A DNA stretch of 64,000 nucleotides from Oculina patagonica (lineage: Eukaryota). Position numbers and translations under genes: made by a program. Position 1 is the stretch's first letter. Each line of letters starts with the position of its first letter. Shown here piece by piece: positions 9,861 to 23,054 of the stretch. The notes under the pieces were generated by a model, which worked only from the letters and a program-made list of their open reading frames with translations, searched no databases and was not told where the DNA came from. Where the stretch lies: NCBI RefSeq assembly GCF_052425735.1, contig NC_135758.1, positions 9,114,001-9,178,000 on the forward strand. Reading direction: 5' to 3'.

Positions 9861-10666
9861 CTGCACTTAGTATTCTCAAATTGAATGAAAACAAAATTAA
9901 GGTAAGCGAAAAAGTAAAAAATGAAATGAGCAGACTTAGAAAAGAAGCAAGCCTCAGGCCTTTAGCAGTTTTAGAGACTGTACATGTAGATTCTCCACAA
10001 ACAAAAACAATCTTGTTTCAGAATGTAAGATCTCTCCACCTCCACAAAGAGGATGTGCGAAGTGATTTCAACATTCAAAAATCTGATGTCAATATTTTTG
10101 TTGAAACAAAGCTTTGTTTGTCAGATAGGGATGAAACATACCAGCTGAGCGGATTTACACTTTACAGAAATGACTTCAATCACTCTACCTTAAGAACTTG
10201 CTATGGAACTGCCGTGTACATAAAGAATGATTTGAGTTGTATTGAAATTCCATACAGGTTCAACTTTAATAATGTAGAAATAACTGTTATGGTTCTAAGC
10301 CATCCAATTCCAAATTTTCATGTGGTTGGTATCTATCGGTCTAAAAATAATGTTTCAATTTCGCAGTTCATTGATGCACTCACTCATCTTCATAACTCAG
10401 TATTGACAAACCCTGCCATACCGACTGTAATCCTTGGGGATTTCAATATCAATCTAATGCAGGAGACTACAGAACAAAACGCTCTCAAAAAATGTTTGAT
10501 AACAGACAGAGGATACAATCAGTTGATCAACCAGTATACAACTGACTACCGTACACAAATAGATCATATTTACACAAATGTACCACAAATTGTACAATCT
10601 GCAGGTACCCTAGAGTCCTACTACAGTGATCATAAGCCCATCTTTATTTCCCTGAAAGCTTTGTGA
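9824..10666 (+). CDS. Helentron polyprotein segment 4: APE/EEP-family endonuclease
   Basis: Motifs FQNVRSL, FVETK, GIYRS, LGDFN, IDHIY and YSDHKP (SDH 10625-10633), fused in frame to helicase motif VI. Confidence 0.92.
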   Translation: MHYVGLSRVRNSSALSILKLNENKIKVSEKVKNEMSRLRKEASLRPLAVLETVHVDSPQTKTILFQNVRSLHLHKEDVRSDFNIQKSDVNIFVETKLCLSDRDETYQLSGFTLYRNDFNHSTLRTCYGTAVYIKNDLSCIEIPYRFNFNNVEITVMVLSHPIPNFHVVGIYRSKNNVSISQFIDALTHLHNSVLTNPAIPTVILGDFNINLMQETTEQNALKKCLITDRGYNQLINQYTTDYRTQIDHIYTNVPQIVQSAGTLESYYSDHKPIFISLKAL

Positions 10667-11602
10667 ACATATCATTTTCCAAATTAACTTTCCCTTTAAT
10701 ACTATGATGCATCTGAGATAAGATTTTGAACTATACAGCTAATGAAGACCAATAAAGTAACTACATTGTACTTTTACATAGTAAGTAATTCAAATAAAAA
10801 TGAATCTTAATGTATTTCACAGCTTTTTAAATCACAAGCAAATAAGACAATTGCTTTTGCACTGACAAAGAGTGTAATAATTTGTATTTACTTCAATCTG
10901 AGTGTGGTGTTAAATCAATCATAATGATCATTATTTATTTGCCACATTACAAAAACAAGTTTGCCTAGTTAAGTAAATGATGGGGCAGAATGTTATCAAT
11001 AGTTTGAGTTGGTAATACCTGGCATGGCACACTTCGGTAAATAAATAAAAAAAACATTCATGTTAGTCTCATATAGATGACCAGTCTGAATATTCCAGAA
11101 TGAAACGTTCCACATTTTGAATGGCAAACTGCATCAACTCTGTCAGAATTTGCACAATACGTGCAAAGATAAATTTTTCAAATGAAAAATCATGAAATTG
11201 CAATATTTCCTGAGGGTGATGGAGGGATGTTAAAATAACATCCCTTCCTCAATCCCTTCCATACAAGGGACATGTCCAGCCTCCATACACAAAACAGGTA
11301 AGTTGTTATTTTGGGAGTTTGAAGGGGGAGGAAGGGTGGGGAGCAAAGGTGAGAAGCATTACATTACATAGATCATAGATACAACTGTTTACAAGCATTT
11401 TAAGTACAGTGTACAAAAATTTATACACTTTGTTATTTTACACTCTAACCTATCACCTTCAATGTGTATTTGTAGGTGGAAGACTATCGTGGTACTATAG
11501 AAATATGATGAACACCATTATGCAAATGACACAAAATTGAAGTTTTACTACAGATATCAGTACATGTAACTGTATATGGAGGCTGCAACAAATTGAAATC
11601 CT

Positions 11603-11905
11603 GGCTGCCAATTGGCAGAACTGCCTACAAAAATACCAAGAAATAGAAATATACAACTACTACCATATGGAAGGAACATCAAGTACTTGTATGTGAAACC
11701 TACAAGTGGCTGCCAATTGACAGAATTTTCTACGAACATACCAAGAAATAAAAATACACCACAATTACTGTATGGAAGGAACATCAAGTACATATATGTG
11801 AAACCTACAAGTGGCTGCCAATTGACAGAATTTTCTACAAACATACCAAGAAAATAAAAATACACCACAATTACTGTATGGAAGGAATATTGATAATTAA
11901 TTTTT
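11603..11905. repeat. 105-bp tandem repeat, ~2.8 copies, downstream of the Helentron ORF
   Basis: GGCTGCCAATTG recurs at 11603, 11708 and 11813. Confidence 0.85.
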
Positions 11906-13489
11906 ATGTGAGACCCACAACTGCTGATACCCAAGCAAGTAGTATTTCTGTGAATCAGGTCAAAGCTTGACACTGACTCAGGAAACACCTGCACATTTAT
12001 CACTGAATGAGTTCCATTCCTTGAAAGAACAACATCCTTCATTATGTCTTAGCTACAGATGAAAGCTTTTTGTTAACAAACTATACTGAGAACAAACACA
12101 GCTTGCATAAAAATGAAGAGGGACACTGTATATCCTTCCAATTACCATATGAAATGCAAGTTATTATGTCATAATGGTTTCGATAAATGCATCCCTACAA
12201 AGCAACCTTGCTATATTTCTGATAAAAAGGGGAACCTTCTTTTCCTGTTATGAATAATAAATTATAGATACTTAAAAAAATCTCAAATGGTGAAAGCTCT
12301 GCATTCAACATCAAAGCAACAGTAAAACAATACAAGTCATTGTTTTAGAGAGGCAAGACTTTAATTGAGCTGATCTAATTAACAGAAGTATTGATCTTTA
12401 ATTATAGCAAAATATCTTAGAAATGTGTTCTCTACAGTAGATGCAATGCATGACTGGCAACATTTGTCATACATGTGACACAACACTCAGGAATATGAAT
12501 ACTTTATTCCGTAACCTGTAAATGACATTGAAAAAATCATGTAATACATATAGAACAAATTCTACAGAAAATAATGCATTTAAAATGTACACAATGTCTC
12601 CAATTTTGATCATCACAGGGTCAGAAAGAAAGGGAAGTGCTGGGCACTATGCAATCTGTTAACATTCCCTTGCACTCTGCCATTCCTTTTTGTATAAACC
12701 ACTGTTTTCCCCTCCTTTCTGAAACCGTCTACATGTTTAAGCTTATCGAAAATTATGCATGTATGTTCACATCAATGTTTATCCAGAGAGGAAGGCAGAA
12801 ACCAAATACCGATAAGTGTGGCATCTCCTGTTCTCCTCCTCCCCCTTCCCCTCTTCCCAGGGTCAACATCAATACTTCCATCAACAACAAAATTTAGGTC
12901 AATAATCTGTAAATAACACTGCCACTACTTATGATCCTTCCAATGCCTCAGATGTTTCATCACATAAATAGAGGATGAAATGAAAATTCTGAAAAATATG
13001 TAGATGGCCCATCATCTTTGCTCACTGCATTGACTCCTTTTTCTTTTACCTTTCAGAACCCAAACAAACTAAACTGAGAATTAACAAAGTAATAGGTTTC
13101 ATCCAGAATAGTTCAAAAAGGGTATCAATTTTCAATTTTAACCCGGTTTTAGATACTGAATTCACTAAGGATTTTCACTGTTTTAGTCACATTCATTTCC
13201 AAATCTTTCTTGGACAACCAGAACCAGAAAAATGTTTTCATCCATGCTTGCAATATGCAACGAACATGTTCGATTCAACTGTCGCACATCGTCATGTTTT
13301 CTCGTTTCTGCTCTTAAGTGCATAAAAGAAGTATTTTGAAACACCTGCTGCTCATACATACTCAAAAAATGGAAATCAAATGCAAATATTGCTAAAAAAA
13401 TTCAGTCGTGGCTCAATGAGCCTTTGATTCCTTTTGGTCTCTGGCTAACTGGTTATTACAGTACCACTCAAAAGTAAGTTACCACCCTC

Positions 13490-13516
13490 TCGCGAGACGA
13501 GATTCTCGTCTCGCGA
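13490..13516. repeat. Perfect 13-bp-arm palindrome near the start of a TA-CAGT repeat fragment
   Basis: TCGCGAGACGAGA-T-TCTCGTCTCGCGA, preceded by TA-CAGTACCACTC at 13457. Confidence 0.7.
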
Positions 13517-13799
13517 AACGCTTGAAAAAACTGCAAGTTCACGGCTCTAACTTTTCTCGAGATTTTAATTACCCATTGTTAACCATACATGTAGAAGCAG
13601 CGAGCAAACATCGTCTAGTTGACATGTCGGCCTTTCAAGCGAGTTCTTTTTTCCCCGAATATTGCTTGTATTCCAAAGCAAAAGTATTATTCAAAGATGT
13701 ATGTTTTAAATCGAAATCAACATGAATTCTTTGCCATGTTACCATACCAGTGGCATTTAAACATGAACTGTTAAATTTTGTATTCAACTTTTAGAGTTG

Positions 13800-14541
13800 T
13801 TCATATTACAATGCTTTTTTTTTCCTGTTGATTTTACAGAGAAAATGTCAACATTTTATTAAGATTTATTGCAATGAAGTATATCCTTTTTGTAGACATT
13901 TCCTGTACTTTTTAAGAACATTCTGTGTAGTTAATTTGTGTACATTTCACTGACATTTTATGCAATGATTTTACAGAGATTTTATTGAGATTATATGCTA
14001 TATTTCACATACGCTTCTTGCTTTTCCATGTTGATTTTACAGGGAAAATGTGGACGTTTTACAGAGATTTATTGCAATAAAATGTATACATTTTATAGAC
14101 ATTGTGTGTACTTTTGTGATACATTTTATGTAGTTATTTTGTTCATATTTTACTGACATTTTATGCAATGACTTTCGTTCACTTTTTTAAGAGATTCTAT
14201 TGAGATTTTGTAATTTCGCTTTTACAGAGATTTTATCCCCCACTTTTTTTACAGAGAAAACGTGGAGATTTTACGGTTAATTTACAGAGATTTATATATA
14301 TGTCACAGAATCTCTGTAAATTTTGCACCAAATTTACAAGAAAAGTAGCAACATTTCATAGACATTTTATGAGATTTCAACGAAGAAAAAGTGCTGAAAT
14401 CTACGGACTTTTTATGTAGTTTACAAAATCTCTGTAAGTGTGCACATTTACAGAGATTGCAATTTACAAGGAGAATGTAGACATTTTACTGAGATTTCAC
14501 TAACTTTATTGAAGTCTGTAAATGGTTCAAATTTTCCAGTG
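13800..14541. mobile_element. Remnant of a CACTG-ended (CMC/EnSpm-like) DNA transposon with subterminal repeats
   Basis: Many TTTACAGAGA motifs in both orientations, ending in AATTTTCCAGTG (reverse complement CACTGGAAAATT). The other end was not found. Confidence 0.4.
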
Positions 14542-16524
14542 GGTGATCACTCAGTTCATACTGATCTCTGGAAGGAGAGGGAGATTTCTTTCCTGTTGAG
14601 AAATTGTACTACGGCTATCATCTTGCAAAATATAAGACATAACCGTAATGGCATTTGATAAGTTGACAGCTAGGTCGAGTCACTTATCAAATTTCTAAAA
14701 ACCTTGCACATTGATTGTCTATAGAAATCAACCAGCTATAGCACGAAATTACGTCTCCGTGAGGAGTTATCAGGGCAATATTGCACTTCTCTGTTTGATG
14801 TGCATCACGAAAAGAAAAAAAAAAGTAATAGTTTCAGTTAGCAACACGGAGTGCTTGACTTCTAAAATACTTTTATATTTATTCCTGCAAGCTGTGTGAC
14901 CCACACGTGTTTCCGACTGGTGAACTTCACGCTAAGATTTACTTTAAACAGATTAAAAACTCCGGTCGTTTTTGTGTGTGAAAATAAGCGGCAAAAACAA
15001 ACGCAAGCGCTTGTTCAAACTAAACTACGGAATGAAAGCTTTAAACAACAGGGCTGAGCTTACCACAAAACCAAACTGTGGTGCGAAGTGCCCAAATTTT
15101 TAAATGTGCAAATTCTAACATTATATTTTTGAATAATAGACAACATTTTACTAAGATATGGTATAGGCGAGCAAGAAAATTCACGATCATGATACAATAT
15201 TGAGTGCAATGGCCATTTGGAGGGGGACGCTATATTTGACTTTAGTGAAACACTCTTCCATACTTCATTGAGTTTTGTTTGACACTCGAGCCCTGTGAAG
15301 TTCACATTTAATGGGCATGTGCGGCACTGTACTGATTTACTGAATAACCATATTTTCAAGCTCTCGTTTGACCCCTTTAAGCATCTGATTCGATTGTGAT
15401 TGACACAGGATATTTATTTCACGCAGGAAAATAAATGTTTTTATGTAGCTTGCGACACAATAGTTCCCAGCTTCCGATGAGGGATTACATGATTGCTTAT
15501 TACATGAAAGAGAGGCAACCTGGGGACTAGTTCGACCTTCGTTTAAGCATTATCACAACATGGCGTATTCCATTTTTCCCTCCCTCCGCTCCCCGTCTTA
15601 TATCTTACCGAACATGAGGCGGGCTTTCCCCCACCTTTGCTGGGATATTTCCTTGTTTGTTGTTCTAATATCATCTTTAACTGATTGTTTTGAAATAAAA
15701 CGGCCACACCTGTGGCCAAAATATCCCAAATGGGAATGTCTGTTTTTGTCCCAACAAACAGAGCTGATTAATTAAGATACATTAAGTGTATTTTTGACTG
15801 GATCACGCGAAAACATAGGCCTTTTCTGTAGAAAAACTATTACATACTTGATTTAGGGTAATTAATTTTTACCAGATAGTTCAGTGTAGGAACTCAAATG
15901 AACTAATTTTCACATTTATTTTCGTATACAAGGGTCAAGGATAATTTCGACATGTTGCAGCCCATATTTAACTCTTCCTCAGACTTCAACTCCTTTCAAA
16001 TTTGGTTGTTTTATATGCGTTAACCTCGCTGAACAATTCGGGTACACCGGTTTGGTCATAATATCTCCTTCGTCTTAAGAAAGCTGTATATGTCTATTTG
16101 AGTTTTCAAAATTAATGTAAAATATCTGATGGTAAGAATAATGGATAATTCAACCATTCGGTCACCTTCCTTCTCCTGATACTGGACACTCATCATTATT
16201 AACCCTATTCAGTCCGAGGAGCGGATCGACTGAAAGGGGCAGATTTGTCCCCTACAAACTTAAGGGTTTACAGTCTTATTTTTTTAAACTCACACATTCT
16301 AATGCGTTTTATCCCCCCCCCCCCCCCCCAATTTATTTCAAAAGATGCCGTCTTCAATGACAACCTAACAATTATCCAATCTATAAGTATATCAGAAGCT
16401 TATGTAGATAAGCTTCTGGTATATGGAACCCTCCATTTCAAACCTGCAGTAAGCAGCAACAGAATTTTCGGGCTGCATAAAATGTAGACTTTCTCAAAGT
16501 CCTTTTTATGTGTTGTGTATTTTC

Positions 16525-16955
16525 CGGTATAAGGTATATAGGTATGTGCCGCCTAAAAGGGTATGGTTTTTGAGCCGTTTTGGTCTGAAAACGGGTAAAG
16601 ATTTTGACTATTTTGGTCTGAAATTGGTTCTGGTTATTTGGGGAACGTTCACGAAAGCTTATAAACGTATTTTTCTTCCCAGCAACCGGAGCGAGTAACT
16701 TATGAGAGACAAATAGAAATAGATAAAAATATATCATTTCAGCTAAATTTTACCTATTCATCCTTGTTACGTTGACTTCCGTTCAGCGTTCATTTCAAGG
16801 TCAGGTCTGAAAACGGGTATGGATTTTTGAGTCCAGGTCTGAAAACGGGTGTGGAAAATGGCATTTTTTGGTCTGAAATTGGGTCTGGATTTGGAGATGC
16901 GGGCGGCACACCCCCACCAAAACTTCCAAGGAGTACCCCCTCCCCCCCCCCCCGG
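16525..16955. mobile_element. MITE-like repeat with GGTCTGAAA subterminal motifs and a GTACCCCC...CCCGGG end
   Basis: Five GGTCTGAAA(ACGGGT/TTGG) motifs. Partial inverted ends (GTGCCGCC ... GGCGGCAC). Left end truncated. Confidence 0.55.
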
Positions 16956-17113
16956 GAAAATTGTATATCTTATTAATCCCGCCTGCGAGCAATGCATTCA
17001 CCACGTCAACATCAAGAACCAGGAACAAGAGATAAACTAACAATTAAGCATCATTGATGTTGCTTTTTTCAAAATTGCTATGAAACATTCGATAAAATTA
17101 GCCTCCTCCAAAC

Positions 17114-17886
17114 CACCTTATTATTTTCGCGGGACTTAATTTTCGCGATTTCGTGTTTTTTAAAAACCCGCGAAAAAAGGTTTACGCGAAAAATAACGAC
17201 GCCAACTATAATACCCTTCTATATATACTAGTTATGCAAGGCTTTCGAGTGGTATACTATGGAATATCCCACGAGTCACTTGTATTTTTTCGGTATACAC
17301 ACGAGCCTTTAGGCGAGTGTGTATACCAAGAAAATACAAGTGACAAGTGGGATATTCCATAGTATACCACGAGAAAGTGTTGTGTAACTATTTTATACCA
17401 TGCCATAGAAAATACGCTTACTAAATTTCGTCGAGAATAAGATCGCAGCGCACGATGGGAATGTTGAGTTGAATACCGTCGAATATACAACGGCTTTTCT
17501 GAATTCTGATTGGCTGTATTTTCTATGGCATGGTATAAAATTCGTTATGATTAATTAACGTTGCCGTCAGTCGTTACCACATAATTATCTTGGTACAGTC
17601 GTAAAACTAGCTCTACTTTGTTACAAAGGAACATGTCAAACTGTTTTAAGTTTCGTTTTGTTATATGGTTTTGTTCAGTGTATAACTGTGAAAAATTAAC
17701 ATAAGTTGTACCGATTTTGAGACTTCCGGTTTGTTAACGCAGACCAGTATTTTGACAATTTTCGCGAAATTTATTTCCTTAAAACGCATTTTTTTTTGGC
17801 CAAATCGCTTAATTTAAGTTCCGCGAAATATACCCGTTCCATTTTTGAGAAATTAAGTTCCCGCGAAAATAAGTAACAGTAAGGTA
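17114..17886. mobile_element. MITE with nested fold-back elements
   Basis: Outer inverted repeats TTATTTTCGCGGGACTTAATTT / AAATTAAGTTCCCGCGAAAATAA. Inside are two abutting palindromes, 17229-17390 (~75-bp arms) and 17391-17540 (25-bp arms). Confidence 0.7.
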
Positions 17887-19395
17887 ACTCAAAGTAGAGT
17901 GACACAAAGAAAAATAAATAAAATAAAATAAACATAATAAAAACAGAAATGCCGGTGGCTTTACAACCGGCAAAGGAAACAAAAGGGATTTACTTCAAGT
18001 CAAGATATCTAAGCAACTCTAGTAATTATAATTTTGATTGCAAAGGTTGCGTAAACTGTTAGTCGAAGGCGACTTGTGATCTGTTCCGCCATTTTGGTAT
18101 ATGAATCTGCTGTTTTAAGCCAGCGGGCTTATAACAAACACGTGACGTTGTTTTGGTTTCTGTGTTGCTAGGTGCAGTACTGGTTTTACACTTTCCGTTA
18201 CTCTGAGTTGATATGAGAGAAGTAGGTACACATTTCAGTGTCAATATGGCACAGTTATGGCGTGAAAACACATTGATAAAACACGAGATACATAAAGACT
18301 ACTACTCAGAAAAGAATCGACAAACAGCGAAGCGGATAAATGAACGTTAAGCAAAGCAGCCAACCCAGTTTCGTCACTAAAATACGCTTCACCTCTGGCA
18401 AGTATTGTAGCTTCACTACTCTTATCTCCTCGAAGGAATTCTGTCACGCGATCGATATTTTTGCCTTTGCCGTATATACATTTGGAAGTGCCATAACTTC
18501 CTCATCGAATAGGTCACCCTTTTACAGTTGGAGTTATGGTGACGTGCATGTATCTAACTTGTGTAAATAATGGCGCGATGAAATTACCTTGCAATATTTA
18601 TCACTGCTTTGACGAGCCTGTCGAGTCTTCAGTTAATCATCTTTTTCTCTGTAACCCCGGCTCAAGGTCCTAGGAAAAATTAATGGGAAAAATGAATTAA
18701 TATATCTGAAAGTTGAAACGCGACCCCTGCTTATTTATACAACTGCATCCCTTAAACTCCATCGGATCATTTTTTTCATACAAATTGCCGTCGTGTTTGC
18801 CGGTATTCCGGCCAGCAGAGTTCGAAAAATTAACGACGGAAAAAGTCGAGAGCGAGTCTTCGAGTCACTCAAGCAGCTTTACAGCAATAATTGTTAGTTA
18901 TTAGTACCTCAAACATATTTAATGAATAATTCCGTTTTATAATTGTGTTTGCAGTAGTCTCGCCTGATAAATTTGCATTTTCCGCGCAGTACCCTTTCTT
19001 ACAATGTTTACAATCAATATGTCAAATAAATCAAACATACCACTAAAAGGAAAGTATTTCTATCGCGGACAAAATTGAAATTCAGTAGTCAATATATTGG
19101 ATACTTTTCATAACGGATAAAACAAGGGAAAATTAGACGCCTAGCCAATGGAGTTTAACCTTAACAACTTCTTAAAAGCAAACTCTGTCTCGATATGTTC
19201 ATAATTCCGAGAGACGGCTGTGTCAAAAATCTAATTGTCTCACTCTCGATGTTTTCATATTGAGAGACAAGTATTCTTTAACTTTTGACAGTTCATTCGA
19301 ACACGAAAAATCTTCATAGTTTGCCATTAGTAGAAGAAACAATGTCTTTCATGTCTCAAGGTTCAACAGGTCACAAAAGTTAATTCTGAAGCTAA

Positions 19396-19496
19396 AGGCT
19401 TCGAAAAACGGTGGGCTGTGCGCTGCTCTGGCTGTTGGTTGCTCTACTCATCAATGAAATTGAAAGAAGTAACGCAAGTGCAGTTCTCCCTCCAAG
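19396..19496 (+). pseudogene. Degenerate signal-peptide first exon (MLRK-type) of the CTHRC1-like family
   Basis: Reads [AGG]LRKTVGCALLWLLVALLINEIERSNASAV..., ending AAG|GTTAG. Homologous to the intact exon at 59646-59738. AGG sits at the ATG position and the length is off-phase. Confidence 0.6.
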
Positions 19497-22400
19497 GTTA
19501 GTCTTCATATTTTATAGAGAGCGAACGTTATTTGGCTCAATCCAGACATCTTGCAGTTTGCTTTATCAAGTTTAAAACTCGGCAATAACGTTCTAAAATG
19601 ATTCGTTCGCGTTGAATCTACAAAATTTTTTTTCATAGCGGCTGGCTTATAGAAAATCCGAGAGGTTGTTACTTTCTTTCGTTTTGTTTGCTAACTGAAT
19701 CCGCGAGGAGTTGATGGGATCGGATTTTCGTTAACTGAGGTATATAAAATTAAATTAAACTGGCCTCTAAATCAAAACGCCAGGAATCCTAAAAGAGCAA
19801 GATAACTTAAGCGTTAGTTTGATCATTCCACTGTTTTTCGATTTCAAAAACTGTTTTGCTTTATTTATTTTAATGAAAATTTATTCACTGAGTGGACATG
19901 TGGTAGATTTGTTTTTATTTCCGCGCGACGAACAAATAATATGTGCCAATCCGACATTTTATTTGCTGATCAGACAACGAAAGCAATTGACAACTATTAT
20001 GACCTAAATTTTTTATTAGTTATTGTGTTATTGGAAAGTTAGCAAATATATTTAAATCAATTTTTGCGTACACGACATGCTTCTCAACATCAAACAAATG
20101 TTTTTATTTCCCTGAATTCATCAAATTGAAGCGAAAACCTTATTGACAAACTGTTTTTTTTTTGGCATACAATGTATATTAACTTTCTTTATATTTATTT
20201 CTCGATGTATATCTTTGACTATGCGCTTTGACAAACATAGACTAGCTGTTTGCATTCCTTTGAACATAAATCAGACGACACGTACAATGTATGATTTCTG
20301 GTGAGTTGATTTTGCACGGTAATCAAAATTAAATAAGATTAAGCCTGACGTTTATTTTTCCGGCGAACGGCAAAAACTCAACTTCTGCCGTCTGCCGTTT
20401 GACGTTCGTACGCGGAAATGAGTAGTTTTGTGTTTGTCGTGAATGTGTGATTTTTCCTTGTTTTTGTCAGGGATTAATTTTAGAATTTGATAAAAGGGTA
20501 ACAAAACGAAAGGCAAACTTGCGTTTGCCGTTTCCCGTATAGCGTCATGCTTAATGTCGATAGGGTAACTTAGGGAAATTTGTCGTTGGAAGTATTAAAA
20601 TTTGCTTTGTGAAATATTTAAATTTGCTTTGTGAAGCTAACTGCTGTTTTATTTTGTCTGCAAATTATTTCAAACTAGATCGCTTTGGTTTTGGAAAATG
20701 CGTTTGGAAACCGATAGCGCCGCTAAAAAAATCATATTCTTAATTTAATTTAGCAAAACAGGATCGCCATTACAAGGTTAAAATGGAAAGTAGATTGTAT
20801 GAGTGAATTTGAATATATTCTTACATAAACCCTTAGGTTTTGATACGGCCCAAATGCAACTAATCTTAAAGGTAAACGTTCTGCTGTAACGCATATCATT
20901 AAATTTGAAGTGTTATTACATAGTCGTGTATGGAAAGATATTTTATTATCTTCCGAGGACAATTAAAGAGAATAAAAATTCTAAAATTAAGCGTAGTATC
21001 TGTTGCGAGATCGAAGGTCCCGTTCTTGTGAAACTGATGGAATTCAGGGAGAAACTACATTACAGTTACATTATTTAGATTGTTTCATAGCTTAATATAA
21101 AAAGAGCGGAATCAAAACATGTTAACTTCTTCATTTATTTTGTTTTATTCCGTTAGATATTTACCAGACAAGTGCAACTATCTGGGAATTAGTGAACGTA
21201 TTTGCGCTTGCTTGTTAAAAGGGAAGAAATTAACAAAAAAGGCACAGCGGATTTCCGCACTTTAGGACCTTAGTGGACTTTGACTTTTATTATATAGCTT
21301 TAAAAAAAATAGGTGCTTAATAAACTCCAAAATAAGGACTAATTGCGAATTTTTCAATATAAATATGCTAAATTTAATCTTTATTTTAACTAAAGAACAG
21401 TCATCGTTTTGATGTGTGTATGTGATCTGTCATAGCTTTAGCCACATTAATTTTCTGGACGTAAATCATCGATGAAGGAGCGCGTTTATAAATTAAAAGA
21501 AAGTGTTGTTTTTTTTTTCGTCGAAACTGTTCTTTAATACCTTTACTTGTTTAGAAAATAATTCTCAATAGAACACCAAGAGGAAAATATCAACCGAATT
21601 CTTGAAAGAGGAACAAATCATGGTCGTTAACGTACTTTAAAAACAAAAATGCGAGAACTTGAAAATGTTAGCCTAACATTTTCCGTGTTGTAATCCTTTT
21701 CGACCTGTTCCATCTATGGCCAGAGACACTGGTCGACAGTTTTAGTACACTGGTTGGTAATTTATAACAAACCCGGGCCATTGTGTTAAGCTTTCTGTTA
21801 ACACTAAAATATTTCTTAGTCTTTGGAATTACGCAAAATCCCCGTAATACTTCCCATTTAATGACGACTGGAATGAATGCACAGTCAGAAGTTGTGTTAA
21901 CAATAAAAAATCTCGCTGTATGTTCGATTTCGTGCTCATCACATTCACTGTCAAGAATCTATAACAAGAGTTCGAGGGTTTGATGCGTGGAATCATTTTG
22001 ATCTTGAGGTCATTTCCTGCGTAACGGGAGAGAGATCTTCAAGCAGGAACAAGTACAAAAAGAAACGTATTTTATTGCTCGATAAGTGCTACTCGCAATA
22101 AGTTCTCATACTTTCAACTAATTAGTGATTATAATTTTAATTAGCAGTATATTTTTCTACTTGTAAATTTGTATATTGGGCACACTTGCACATGAGCGCA
22201 AGCATCGAAGAAGAGTTATAAAATTAAACTAAAAAAAACACCATCACCACCACCACCAACAACAACATGGGGATTCAGAACAGGACAATTGTAATTTAAT
22301 TCTGTAATAAAGAGACATTACTTCCTTTGCCAAAGGCTGGAAAGGTTGGTTTATATAAAGAGAAAGAAACCTTTTTATCCCTTTGTTTTTATTTTACTAC

Positions 22401-22958
22401 ATATATTTTACAGGTCATAATATCACGGGTGGTGAATATATTATTATGATTTGATGTTTTAAGAATCTTGTATGTAGCCCACAGACAGATCGACTTTAAG
22501 ACCTGTCGTGTTTTATACGAACTTTTCCAAAACGCAATTTTTTTCAGAAGAAAAAAAAATACACCACAACCAAGATATTTTTCAAGCTTTTTTTTTCAAA
22601 AAGATTAAAAAAACTGAACTTCAGTTTTTTTAATCTTTGAACAGCTTAAAATAGGTATAAATTTGTATTTTCCCTACTCGATCATATTGCAAGAAAACGA
22701 ACCTGTTTGACACATCGGTTACGTTGACTCAATATTAGATGGACATATTGACAACCGATAACGGAAGTTTACATAAAAACACGAAAAAGGACCAGTTCGA
22801 TTTGTTGAACTAATGACTTAACTATATTTTATTACCCCAGGACTAATAATTCAGCAGATTGTTCTTACTCTCGTTAATTTCGGCGTGCGAAGTCAGACCG
22901 TTACAAGGAAGTATATTTTAGATTTCACAATACTAAAGCGTTTAATCATCGTACAGAC

Positions 22959-23054
22959 ATGAAAGAATTCGAAAAGAAACGTACCGTTTATCTATCGCTG
23001 TTGTTATTGCTGTCTTGCACGTTTGAGGGAAAAGGTGCGTCCAATACATCAAAG
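22959..23054 (+). CDS. CTHRC1: CTHRC1-like gene A, candidate first exon copy 1 (signal peptide)
   Basis: MKEFEKKRTVYLSLLLLLSCTFEGKGASNTSK, then AAG|GTAAG. 96 nt, phase 0, compatible with exon 2 at 29717. Confidence 0.7.

Larger units (their letters stand above)
1983..11900 (+). mobile_element. Helentron (endonuclease-encoding Helitron2-type rolling-circle transposon); termini not resolved
   Basis: Colinear OTU, HUH Rep, PIF1 helicase and EEP endonuclease coding regions at 3154-10666. GC-rich hairpin at 2007-2032 is a candidate terminal structure. The right boundary was not found, so the outer coordinates are approximate. Confidence 0.9.

Noticed and set aside
9824-10666. Independent LINE endonuclease or host APE gene
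   Set aside because: It is fused in frame to helicase motif VI and no reverse transcriptase follows; this is the standard Helentron C-terminus.
13490-13516. Palindrome as the Helentron right terminus
   Set aside because: It follows a TA-CAGT start typical of a separate MITE and has no similarity to the left hairpin.
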